Assembly (NCBI GenBank): GCA_022813965.1
Contig: JALDZS010000015.1
Span: forward strand, 124,001 to 188,000
DNA from: Toensbergia leucococca
Lineage: Eukaryota
Reading direction: 5' to 3'
Length of the DNA: 64,000 bases
Made by a program: the position numbers and the translations under genes. Numbering within the stretch: the stretch's first letter is position 1; each line of letters begins with the position of its first letter. Positions 51,520 through 62,551 of this stretch are shown here, in pieces. A model generated the notes under the pieces. It saw only the letters and a program-made list of their open reading frames with translations, made no database searches and was not told the DNA's origin.

Positions 51520-52738
51520 ATGTTTCATCATATTTTACATCATTATTCCATGTCTTTCGTTTCTCAAATGCGTTGTATTCAAGCACCGAAACGCAGTGTG
51601 CGGCAAATTGGGATTGTCATACCGCCACTGATCTTGTATCTCGTCTTATGCTTCCTTGTTCATTCCATCAATGCATATCAGCTACCTTCAGAGAACTTGG
51701 TCGAATCTCAATTACATCGATATGGAGAGTTTAAAATGACGATTGCAGACGGCTTGCGGACAACACCAGTCTATCTGTTCAAACGCGGGAATGATTCGGA
51801 GCTGTTTGCGGTAAAGCAGTACATCGACATTCAACTCGTTGAGTCCGACAAACGATATTTACAAGATATTGAGAACGAGTTTCGCGTGGGAAAATCTCTC
51901 AAACATCCCAGCATTGTCGAGACTCTGGATATCATTCGCTCTAATCATTCTTGGTCAATCGTTTTGGAATACTGCCCTCGGACGCTTGCACAAATGGTGA
52001 GATCTCAAGAGAAGGCATTGTCCCTTGACGAGGCATCATGCATTTTCCGCCAGCTGTTAGATGGCCTGTCATTCATGCATGCAGAAGGAGTTGTACATCA
52101 CGACTTGAAGCTCACAAACGTCATGGTTGGACTGGACGGGAAGATTAGAATCATTGATTTTGGGACCGCGTATCATTTTCGTGGGCCTTTGGATCACAAA
52201 ATCCGAAAGCGTCATGGTATGTATGAAGAGTCTTCTGCTACTCCTCGTTGACGCTGAATTTTGATCTCTTCTATTTCAATCCAATCTGACTCTCTTTGTA
52301 GGGCCATATGGTACGATCCCATTCAATCCACCAGAGGTATACGAAGAATTAATGTACGACCCACTACCCGTCGATATTTGGGCTCTTTCCATGTTATACT
52401 GTCATGTGGTCCTACCCGATCTTCCCTGGAAGCGTGATCCTATTCCAACTGACGTTCTAGATGACACATTCGGCATTTTCTCCACAGAAGCGACTATAGA
52501 ACAAGGATTACTGCCAAGTCTGGCTGGGAATCATGGCACACAGGATGATTCAAAACCGAGGCTAATCGATGATGAGATGGTCCGAGGTACCATCAATAGC
52601 CTGGTAAGTCTGCTACCCGAAGAGTCGAGACAAATCATCGGTAGAATGCTTGAACCGAACCCTAAAAAAAGGGCTAAGTGGTCCGAGATACTCGTCGATG
52701 AGTGGGTCAGAAGGCTCTCCTGCCAGTACGATACTTAA
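51520..52738 (+). CDS. Divergent HAL/Sat4-like Ser/Thr kinase with N-terminal hydrophobic signal/anchor
   Basis: IGIVIPPLILYLVLCFLVHSINA; FAVKQY, ENEF, LKHPSIVETLD, HHDLKLTN, IIDFG, GTIPFNPPE, VDIWAL. Intron 52217-52301. Start could be ATG 51520, 51550 or 51568. Confidence 0.85.
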
Positions 52739-53493
52739 GACCATTGCTCAGGTCATTCAAAGAAACGCATAATCCGTTAGTCAAATCAATGAACCATATC
52801 TTTGAATGGCCATTCAGTACATGTACTATCGGTAGATCTAGGCTTACGTTCTCCTCGGCCTGGCTAAGCGTTCTGATAGGCTGCGTAGGCCCCTTTCTGT
52901 TATGTCTCCTTCAAAATCTACCTATTATGAACTTTAACCTTGTGCAAAGGGGCTGAATGCGCTTGTATCGCTGACCTTGTTTTTCATGTAACACTACGAA
53001 CACGAAGTTGACTTGGCTAGAATTATTTTAGTCACATTGTAATTTGAGATTGATAGGTTTCCACTCAATCTTTCAGTTCAGGATCATTGCCTCATGGTCA
53101 GATGATCTATTCATTTAATTTCTGCTATTTCAAAACCTGGGTACTTACGAAGCACTATAATCTGACAGATCATACAGAAACTCTGCTTTTATGCGCTTCA
53201 GCCGCATCTTAGACTGGACCAACAAGTTGAGAAGGCTGTCACAAGCAACGTACCTATTTCCGAGGCTGATGGCAAGCCCCAATCGCGCCATTTTCTGAGC
53301 GGGTGAGATGAATACCTTACGGCCTTTGGGAGTAAGACTTGATTTTCTCTCAAGTCGGCGCTTCCAAAGGACTTCGATCTGAATATCAGACTGTGTCCGT
53401 TTCTGAGGTCATTTTCACAATCTCAATCGATTCCGAGCCCTCTTCTGCGAGTTGATCTAAAAAGTCTTTGCCTGCATCTCCTCTTCTTCCGCC

Positions 53494-54228
53494 ATGCCCA
53501 GCTCCAGAAAACTCCCTCGAGATTCATTTGACTCCCTAAACCACGACGAAGAAAACCATCCCTCCAAACCACCTTCCGAAAACGACCACAACGACCCTCT
53601 CCTCCCCTATACCGAAACCGGGAACCCCACCCAAAGCTTCCCCAAACAAATCACCATCCGAGCCACAATCGCCCTCATCCTCCTCTCCATCGCCCTCACC
53701 AGCGCCATCTTCACTCTAACCCTAACCCTCTCCAATGACCCCAACAACCCCCTCACCACCAAAACACCCCCCAACGCGCCCCACAAACTCCTCTTCGCCC
53801 CATCCCCCAACTTCCTCGGCCCCCCCACCCCCACCACCGAAAAAAACTGGCGCTCCCTCCTCCCCCTCGGCCGCGGCTTCGTCCAAACCCACACCCACCC
53901 CGCAGAATACCGCTCCGTGGCAGCCTTCCACCAATTCCACTGCGTGCACCTGACCCAACGCTACTTCCACCAAGCCGACACCCAACCCTACAGCATCACC
54001 GCCCACGACCGCGAGCACGCCTACCACTGCATCGAGTACATCCGGCAGGCTGTCATGTGCTTTGCGGACCCGACTCTGGATGCCGTGGAGATCAATGGGG
54101 AGGATGAGGGGGGCCAGAGGATGAATTCGGGCTGGGGCGGGGAGCATGTTTGTCGGGATTGGGGGGCGTTGAGGGAGTGGACGGAGGGGAGGAGGTATAC
54201 TAATGCTAGCTATCCGGATTCGTTTTGA
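53494..54228 (+). CDS. UstYa/DUF3328-family oxidase 3 (two HxxHC motifs)
   Basis: TM; NWRSLLPLGRGFV; VAAFHQFHCV; HAYHCIEYIRQAVMCFADPTLD; GWGGEHVCRDWGALREW. Confidence 0.93.
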   Translation: MPSSRKLPRDSFDSLNHDEENHPSKPPSENDHNDPLLPYTETGNPTQSFPKQITIRATIALILLSIALTSAIFTLTLTLSNDPNNPLTTKTPPNAPHKLLFAPSPNFLGPPTPTTEKNWRSLLPLGRGFVQTHTHPAEYRSVAAFHQFHCVHLTQRYFHQADTQPYSITAHDREHAYHCIEYIRQAVMCFADPTLDAVEINGEDEGGQRMNSGWGGEHVCRDWGALREWTEGRRYTNASYPDSF

Positions 54229-54809
54229 GGTTAGGGGGGGAGATTTTTGTGGCTTTTTTTTTTGTCTTGCCTAAAGTGTCTAGTCATCACAATCGATAAT
54301 AGCATTTCAGATACAGAAGCCGCTCGGAGGGAGACAAAAGGACCGAGTTGTTTCCTTTTCAGCTTGCTGCCTGGACTTGCGCCAGCCACAGGCGGTTGCG
54401 ACAAAAACCTTGAGCTAAAGGACTCGGTCTTTTGACGGGCTGACCCCAATCAGACAAACTTCTACTCATTCGAGCTAATGTAAATACAACCAACCAGAGG
54501 AACCGATTCCGTGGTCTCACGTAAGCCCCAAAGACTCCCTAACAGCAGCCCATCCCCCTCAAAAAGAAGAAGCACTACCTCCTCTTCACCAACGCAGAAC
54601 TCCCCAAAGAAAACCAATACCCTCCAACCAGACTCCAATTCCCTCAAAAACAGCTTTTCCTCCTCATCAATCCAACAAACCTCTCCCCGCCAGACATCAA
54701 CACCGCCTCGACATCGCCAACCACACCAAAACACTCTCAAAAGCCAAATAGCAACCCCCTCACAACCTCACCCTCAAACAACCCAGCCAACCAACCAACG
54801 CCAGAAAAA

Positions 54810-55253
54810 ATGGCCCCCCTGCCCCTCCTCCCCGCCCCCTCCCCCCTACCCACCCTAATTCTCCACCTAACCACCCACCCCCTCCCCTCCCCGCACCCCC
54901 CAAAAGCCCTCCCCCTCCCCCTCGCCCCCCTCACCCTAACAATAAGCCGCAGCCCAAACACGCCCTCCACAACCCCAACGCCCCAAAACCCCTACTACGA
55001 CTCCAAAACCCTGTCCCGCAAACACGCCCTGCTGTGGGCCGACGCCGAGGCGCGCGTCTGGCTGCTGGATCTGGGTACCTTGAACGGGACCTGGGTGAAT
55101 GGGGTGAGGCTTGGGGAGGAGGGTGTGGCGAGCGGGCCGGTGGAGGTGAAGCGGGGGGATGTGGTGGGGTTTGGGAGGGATGTTGTTGGGGAGGGGGGTG
55201 TATTTTATGGGGGCGTGGTGGTGAGGGTTGGGGTTGAGAGGGGTGAGGGGTGA
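54810..55253 (+). CDS. Stand-alone FHA domain protein (Vps64/Far10-like FHA)
   Basis: LTISR, YYDSKTLSRKHALLWAD, WLLDLGTLNGTWVNGVRL, GDVVGFGRDV; 147 aa with no coiled coil or TM. Confidence 0.75.
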   Translation: MAPLPLLPAPSPLPTLILHLTTHPLPSPHPPKALPLPLAPLTLTISRSPNTPSTTPTPQNPYYDSKTLSRKHALLWADAEARVWLLDLGTLNGTWVNGVRLGEEGVASGPVEVKRGDVVGFGRDVVGEGGVFYGGVVVRVGVERGEG

Positions 55254-55743
55254 GATGTGGGATTCGAGGGAGGTGGTGGCGGTTTTCGTTTTTGGGTTAG
55301 GAGGTTGAGATCTTTCTGAAAGTGTCTGCTGCGTTGACAGCCAGCGGATGGCGGGTCTTTTTCGAGTACTTGGTGTTGGGATTTATGCAATTCATCTGCG
55401 GAAATTGGTGGGATGAGGCTTGGTGCTGGAGACATGCTTCTGGACAATCGGCGTCGGAGAGGAAGTTTTGTAAAGCTAAAGCCTGGCCTCATGGAAGGGG
55501 ATGGATTCGAAAGTACTCGACGCATCGTTTGCTGAACCTGGGCTAGGAGTCATATGTTTCATGTTAGGTTCGATTCCTAACTGCGCTGGTACAATGGTGT
55601 AGTGGGTTTTGTGTTCTTTGAACCTCGGCGTTCGAACACTTACCATGCGTGTTTCCATAAATTTCAAGACATAAGAAAAATTAGATTTCAGAAAACACGG
55701 AACTGAAACCCCTTTGCCTGCAGGATCATCTCATACTCGCTTC

Positions 55744-57400
55744 TCACACACAACTCAGCATATAACTCTCCATAAATCCAAATACTCCCCTCTCCCCGTC
55801 CAAATTCGTCACCTGTGCCATAATCCTATCTGGTATTACTAACACCATCGCTCTGTCCCCTTCTAGGGCTCTAAACTCCTGGTGGCCCGTCCCATTTACA
55901 TCTTCGTAGATCGTAGAGGCCCATTGGGGCCATAGTGGAAGGAGATCCTGCAGTGAGACTTGCAGGTGGGAGGTAATTTGGATGAGAGAGAAGGAGACAA
56001 AGGGACGTGAGGTCGGAGAATTAGTGTGATTTGTGGTTGGTTTCAGGACGTGAGGTCTGGTGCGGCATTTTTGCTGGGCAACTTTTATGAAAGCAAGTTA
56101 GTGGAGAGAGAGGGGAGGCGAGGAGGTTGGAGAGGACGTGGAAGACGGCGTCTTTGATGAGGTGACCAGCAAAGATGAGGAGATGGAAGCTAAGAGTGCA
56201 CGGAATTTCATCTACGAGATCGAGGACAACACCGTCAACGTGACTTATCAATTTTGTTGAGTGAAAGCGCTTTCCAGGTGTCAGGGGCTCGGTGGCGCAT
56301 TGATTTATACGAATGCGACCTTCGTTTTTACAAGGACGCTTTCCGGGTAGCGATGACCGCAATCACTGGTAAGACCATTGCCTTCCTTGCCTACGTCGTC
56401 GAGGGTGGAGCTTTCGAGGGCGCTCTTTTGGCTGAATAGTATGGCAAATTTAGCGTCGATCTTGTGGAGTTGGGTCGCGATGTATTGACGTTCGGTGGCG
56501 TAGGTGCTGAGGACGGAAGGTATGGCTAGGTTTTGTACCACGAGGGCCAGCTTTCAAGTCAGGTTGTGGGCGTATGTTAGTATAAGATTCATGCCTCGGC
56601 CTGTTCTGGGGCTGTGGGTATGTGACGAGTCGCCGAGGAGAAAGATGCGCTGACTGGCAGAGGTGAAATCCGTTGCCAGGCGTCGGGTATTAGAGTATCG
56701 GCTTAGCCAGGAGACTTTCTTTACGTTGAAGCAATAGGGGGCTAGAATGTTAGTGACGCGAATTTGGAGAATATGGAGCAGGAGCGCAGAATTGGTAGGG
56801 TCTGCGCAGCGTCTCCGAACGTACCAGATCTCCACAATTCCAGTACTGTGATTCTTCAAGTATACTTTTAATGGCCGATCGAAGTCCACAATAGCATCAT
56901 GACATATGTAGTTCAGGGTCTCCATGGAGTGATGCATCCTATGGCATTAAATTGAAGATAGTCATCGAAGACTGCTTCTGTATCGGCCTGATCTGTGGTG
57001 TAGACGTAAGGAAATAGAGTAGAGCCGGTTACTTCTGGGCCAACGTTACTCCTTGAGAGCTGTCCTGATTCTTTGGGACTCCAGATGGAGGTTTTGCTCA
57101 TGTTATTTCTTTTTCGATTCAGTACATACTAGAGGTCCAGAGTGTGCAAAAGTTTCTGGGTCCAAGATTGTACGCCTCTGCAGACAGTCAGACAGCTGTA
57201 GCTGATCTGGCCATCTCTGGCACCTATTAGGGGTACCAACCACTCGCGTGCCATGCTTAAACTCGAAGTGGTCGTTTATGAATGATGCGGAAGTCTACAC
57301 CGTATCTTGCCAGCGTAGCAGCTGCCATGTAGCTTGCTGGGCCAGTACTAACAACAAGGACATCGATAAAGACTCCGTCTTTGGGTAGGCTTGAAAACAT
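55744..57400 (-). pseudogene. Decayed phenol 2-monooxygenase-like FAD-dependent monooxygenase
   Basis: IDVLVVSTGPASYMAAATLARYGVDFRIIHKRPLRV* (stop 57259-57257); FLLGDSSHTHSPRTGRGMN..HNLT*KLALVV..LSTYATERQ (stop 56556-56554); C-terminal MVLVIPDRIMA; frameshifts. Confidence 0.88.
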
Positions 57401-57991
57401 AATTGAAAGAAGAAAAATGGGGATATTTTGATACTGTATGATAGCTGATCGAGTGTTGGGGGAAATAGCTCTTCACAATCGTTTCTTTGCACTGTATGTC
57501 TTTAGCAATTTGCCTTGCAAATTCTCAATTATGAAGACATGATTCAAATCAAACAAGTAAATAGCAGAGAACATGCCATAGAGCTATATCATGAGCCTCA
57601 CTATCAATGCTGTAGACCTTGAACTATCCGAGAGATGTCCAAATGGAGATCCAGGAAGCATTCGATGGCTAAGTTAACATGCATTCCGGTGTAGAATCAC
57701 GTCGACGACGAAGCTTCCATCGATTTAATCACGAGTCAGGAGGAGAAGTCACTCGTATGAGTGCTCGTATCGTTTCACTCGAGGACCCTCGGACTCTTAA
57801 CTGTTCGCGTCGGCGCTAGTGTATTTATTTACTCCGCTCACTCCGCTTCCTCCTACTCTAGCTACTCGAGGGATTCCATACAAGGAATGATGACTGCATG
57901 AGACTACGGCGAGGATCAGATCAATTCGACAATGTCGAGTCTACTGCCTAATCTGAGGCCGTCGACTCTTGGTAGCGGAAACGGCTAGGAA

Positions 57992-60109
57992 ATGGCAGAG
58001 GAAGAGGCTCAGAAAGCCATGTCCATCATACCTTATGGAGCGAACCGGGAGATTGTCCTGTAAGTACCTTGCCAACTTTGGTGTTCCAGCACCGAACGAC
58101 GGACTGACTACTTCTCGAGTCGACATAATGATGCCGTCGTTGTGTACGATCCCCTCTCTAAGCAGCTGGTCCTACGCGATGTTTCTTCCCAAGGAAAGCT
58201 CGAGCTTGCCGACTGTCCTACTTGCCATCGCCCATTTCGGGATGACAGCCAAATGCATAGCAGCGATCGACGAAACTCTAATGCTGCTGCTTCTCCCGGT
58301 TTCGTCAGCCCAGAGTACTTCCGCATGCTTCACCAAAGCTTGCCTGGCTCTGAAGACCCCTCCCCTCCACCATCTCCTCGAAGACGACTAGTGCAACCCG
58401 TCACACCGGGACGAAGCTCTCCAATCGATACTCAGACTGCCGAATTCCTAGCCAGCTCGCCTGCTTCTCCTCCTTCGTCTCAAGGCATATCCTCTACCGC
58501 CTTCAGTCCGAATTATTTCAAAAAGTTCTTTGTGGAAGAAAAAGAACTAGGGCGAGGGGGAAAAGGTGTCGTATTGCTTGTCAAACATATGTTGGATGGC
58601 GTTTCTCTGGGTCAGTTCGCTTGCAAGAGGGTGCCCGTTGGAGACGACCACGAGTGGCTGGAGAAAGTACTCATTGAAGTTCAGCTTCTCCAGTACCTTT
58701 CACATCAGCATCTCGTTTCATATCGACATGTATGGTTGGAAGATGTCAAGCTGTCCAATTTTGGGCCAAGCGTACCCTGTGCCTTCATCCTCCAGCAGTA
58801 TTGCAACGCTGGGGACCTCCACAACTACATTTACAGATCTGCAAAATCGTCGACTTCAATTCAGCAACTCAAAGACCGAATCAGGCGCCGCTCCAAGAAT
58901 CAAGCCCAGCCGCCTCTTGATCTGCATGCGCCACGCAAGCTTCAATTCGAGGAAATCTATTCCTTCTTCAGAGACATTACATCTGGCCTCAATCACCTTC
59001 ACGTGAATGGTTACATACATCGAGATCTAAAACCTAGCAATTGTCTGCTGCATGATACCGGAAAAGGGCTTAGAGTACTTGTCAGTGATTTTGGAGAGGT
59101 CCAGGTGGAGAACATGGTCCGCAAATCCACTGGTGCCACTGGCACAATATCATATTGCGCCCCAGAAGTCCTTCGACGCGAGAAACCTTCTGGGAACTTT
59201 GGCAATTTCACCACAAAGTCAGACATATTTTCTTTGGGCATGATCCTGTACTTTTTATGCTTCGCGCAATTACCATATCACAACGCTGATAACATCAATG
59301 AAGAGAATGAGGATCTAGACCAGCTGAGAGCTGAGATCAGCGCTTGGGGAGGACTTCGAGATGAGAGAAAGATGCGGCCTGACTTACCGGAAAAACTGTA
59401 CACCTTCCTCCGAAGGCTTCTCTCATTGAATCCCACGGAGAGGCCTAGTGCCGAAGATATCTTGCATGGTATTAAGACAGGAACCGGCCTCGATGAAATC
59501 ACCGACACTAGGCCGTCTTCGGGAAAACATATGTATGATGACCTGCGAAGCAGCTCACGCATCTCGCCCGTTGACACCCCCTCAGCCAGTCCCATGCCAT
59601 TGTCACCGAGCCGGAAGATGTCTACAGGATTTGCACGACCTGGTGGGCCCGGTAAGCTTCGAATGTCATCATATCCAACCGAGCCTAGGCCGATTTCACC
59701 AACGACAGAAGATAACAGCGAACGCGCAATGAGCCCTGGAGGAAGTCTCGTACTGCGAAATAAATTTCCGTCACCCAGCATATCAAACGAAATACCAGAG
59801 CTTAGTGCTCCCGAGTCATCTGTATCCGCTTTACGATGGGATCTTTATAGCCCGGCGGCACGACACACTCTGAAGGTCAGTTTGCTGATCCTTAAGATTC
59901 TTTCGGTCATCGTGCCCTGCGCGCCAGTGGCGTCAAAGCCGGCCATCACATATTCCTTACTTGGCCTGGCTACATTAGATGTCTGGTTGAATAGCTCGCG
60001 CGCAAGCATTTCCGTCGTCTTTATGCTGCTGCACGTGGCAATTGTCCTCGGATCCATATCGCGGGGTGTTCTTTGCGTGTCACCGACTAGCGTCTGGGCA
60101 GGATTGTGA
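57992..60109 (+). CDS. iks1: IKS1-family protein kinase
   Basis: MSIIPYGANREIVL|RHNDAVVVYD, CPTCHRPF, ELGRGGKGVV, FACKRVPVGDDHEWLEKVLIEVQLL, HRDLKPSNCLL, VSDFGE, GATGTISYCAPE, C-terminal TMs. Intron 58060-58119 with an unusual GAG acceptor. Confidence 0.92.
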
Positions 60110-60578
60110 AAATTATTTTCATGCCTTCAGCCTCACAGCGAGCGGGTCAGGAACTCAGGGTGGCAGGATGGAGGATGGACTGCCGCCGAAATAAGCTCAT
60201 CTCGGAGATACGATGCCTAAGGAAGGTAGCCTTCCCAGCCTCGATTTATCTTAGCTAAAGAAAGGAACTCGGTTATCTGCCTCGTTTGCCAAGCTTAAGG
60301 TACCTTAGGTACCTTAGGCAGCGCAGTCTATCAACTCTTCTTACGTCAGTATGCATGATGCTTCTCCGGCCATTGGACAAGATAGCGACAAGATAACCAT
60401 TCCGGCACCCTCGGCCGTGTCCGCTCGTCGCTCCGGACATTGTGGTTACATGGTAACGTGCAGATGCTATGACTAGGCCCAGGCACCATCTTTGTACCTT
60501 AACTGTCGCTTTGGGAATAAAAGACCGAAGAGCTCCCCACCTTCATTTTCGTCAGCTCTTCTACTGTCCTTGCCCAGC

Positions 60579-61895
60579 ATGCGTTTTCTCGTTGCGGCCA
60601 GCCAGCTCCTGGCCTCAATAGCTTTCAGTGCTCTAGCTAACGCAAAGCCAACGGCCCCGCCCAAGAAAGCGGGAGGTTGCATTACGCCCAAGGTTTTTCT
60701 TATTGACATGGTAAGCTTACCCCGGAATGTAGGTCTTCTTGAATTGTTCGACTAATTTCCATATGACAGTTCGGTCCAGAAGGAGATGCGTGGTACGGCA
60801 TCCCAGAATTTAATCTCTTGGCTCATAACATCACTGTTCCCGGCCTCTCACCAATCTATCCTGATGTTCACTGCACTGCCAACTATGAAATTTGCCAAGT
60901 TGTCACTGGTGAAAGTGGTACGAAAATCTTGCTCAAACACTCACTCGGTTGATGCTAATTCTCTGGTTCAAGAAATCAATGCCGCCTCTACCATGACTGC
61001 CGTAACTTTCTCACCCCTCTTTGATTTTACACATACCTATTTCATGATCGCCGGAATTGCAGGTGTAAATCCCGAAGTTGCCACCCTCGGCTCCGTTACT
61101 TTTGCCCGTTACGCCGTGCAGGTAGCACTCCAATATGAATTCGACGCACGTGAAATCCCTGCAAATTTCACTACCGGTTATGTCCCTCAAGGCAGTACCT
61201 TCCCCTCCGAATATCCTCAGTCCATCTACGGCACCGAAGTCTTCGAAGTCAATGACGCCCTTCGCCAACTTGCCGTCGGCTTCGCCAAGACAGCAACCCT
61301 GAATGACTCTACCGCCGCCATGGCCTACCGAGCCAATTACGCCTCGACAGTGGCTTATACGGCCGGATCTGAAGCCCCTAGCGTAGTCGCCTGTGACGTT
61401 GCTACCTCAGATGTGTATTTCAGCGGTACCCTTCTCAGCAACGCCTTTGGAAATACAACACGCCTCTACACTAACGGCAGCGGCGTTTACTGCACCACCG
61501 CCCAAGAAGATAATGCCACCCTCGAAGCCCTCCTCCGCGGTGCCATCAACAATCTGACCGACTTCAGCCGCATCATCATCATGCGCACCGCCTCGGACTT
61601 CGACCGACCCTACGCTGGCGAAGCCGACACCACCAATTTGTTCTATGCGGACCAGGGTGGCTTCGAGCCCGCAATCGAGAATATTTATCTTGCTGGGATC
61701 AAGGTTGTCGAGGGCATTTTGGGAGGATGGAATACTACGTTTGAGAAGGGTGTCAATGCTACGAATTACATTGGGGATATATTTGGGAGTTTGGGGGGGG
61801 TGCCGGATTTTGGGCCAGGAAGCATGTTTAATGATAATCCGGTTGTATTGAGGAAGAGGAGTCCTAAGGGGAGGATGCCGAGTAGACGGCGGTAG
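60579..61895 (+). CDS. Purine nucleoside permease (NUP) family secreted protein
   Basis: Signal peptide; PKVFLIDM|FGPE, VPGLSP, EINAAST, YFMIAGIAGVNP, AVQVALQYEFDARE, YGTEVFEVN, TAQEDNATLE, MRTASDFDRP; two introns. Confidence 0.92.
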
Positions 61896-62551
61896 AGGAG
61901 GGTATTGCGGGATTGAGACTTTAGGTTTAGAGGAGTGTGTTATTTTCAAAAGTTATAGAGTACATATCGCTCCGCAATAGAAGGTATTCTTGGACTTTTG
62001 AGATTGTTTGAAAGAGCATTGAGCTGCGTCTGTATCCGTAAAGAAAGAGGTGAAGTTCCTTACACCTCTTGTGGAAGTATGGGACGGCTTTATTCCGAGG
62101 CGAAATGATGGCGGGATGGGGAAGCATGGAAGCTATGCACCCGATCAAACGAGAGAGAGGGAGAGAGGGGAAAGATGACTTTTTGATTGAGCGCTGTGGA
62201 GAGAATGAGAGGGGGGTCGGTAACACAGCCGCCACAAGCCACCCCCCCTCAACCCTATTTCAGGACAAACCCCTTCGAACAAGATCGGTATCACGAGAAA
62301 AAGCAATATTTCTTTGAGAACAGGAAGACATCGTACATCAGCCCCTCAAATCCCAACCCATTTGAACCCCTGACCGCAAGCCCCTGTCGCTATCCCTATT
62401 CCCCAACCACACAACAGTTAAAAGCACAGTCGTAGTACGCGATCGGATCGCGAACAGGGGGCACTTATCGTCCATTGGCAAGACTCTCGCGATTTCGGAA
62501 AAAGAACTCTAGGGACGGGGGTGACGCTATCCCATATATTGTTTTGGACGC

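Noticed and set aside
53716..53728. Telomere-like CTAACCCTAACCC (possible telomerase template or interstitial telomere)
   Set aside because: Only two units, encoding LTLTL in the TM segment of a C-rich CDS.
60296..60318. Palindrome/direct repeat TAAGGTACCTTAGGTACCTTAGG
   Set aside because: Too short to support a mobile element or a defined regulatory site.
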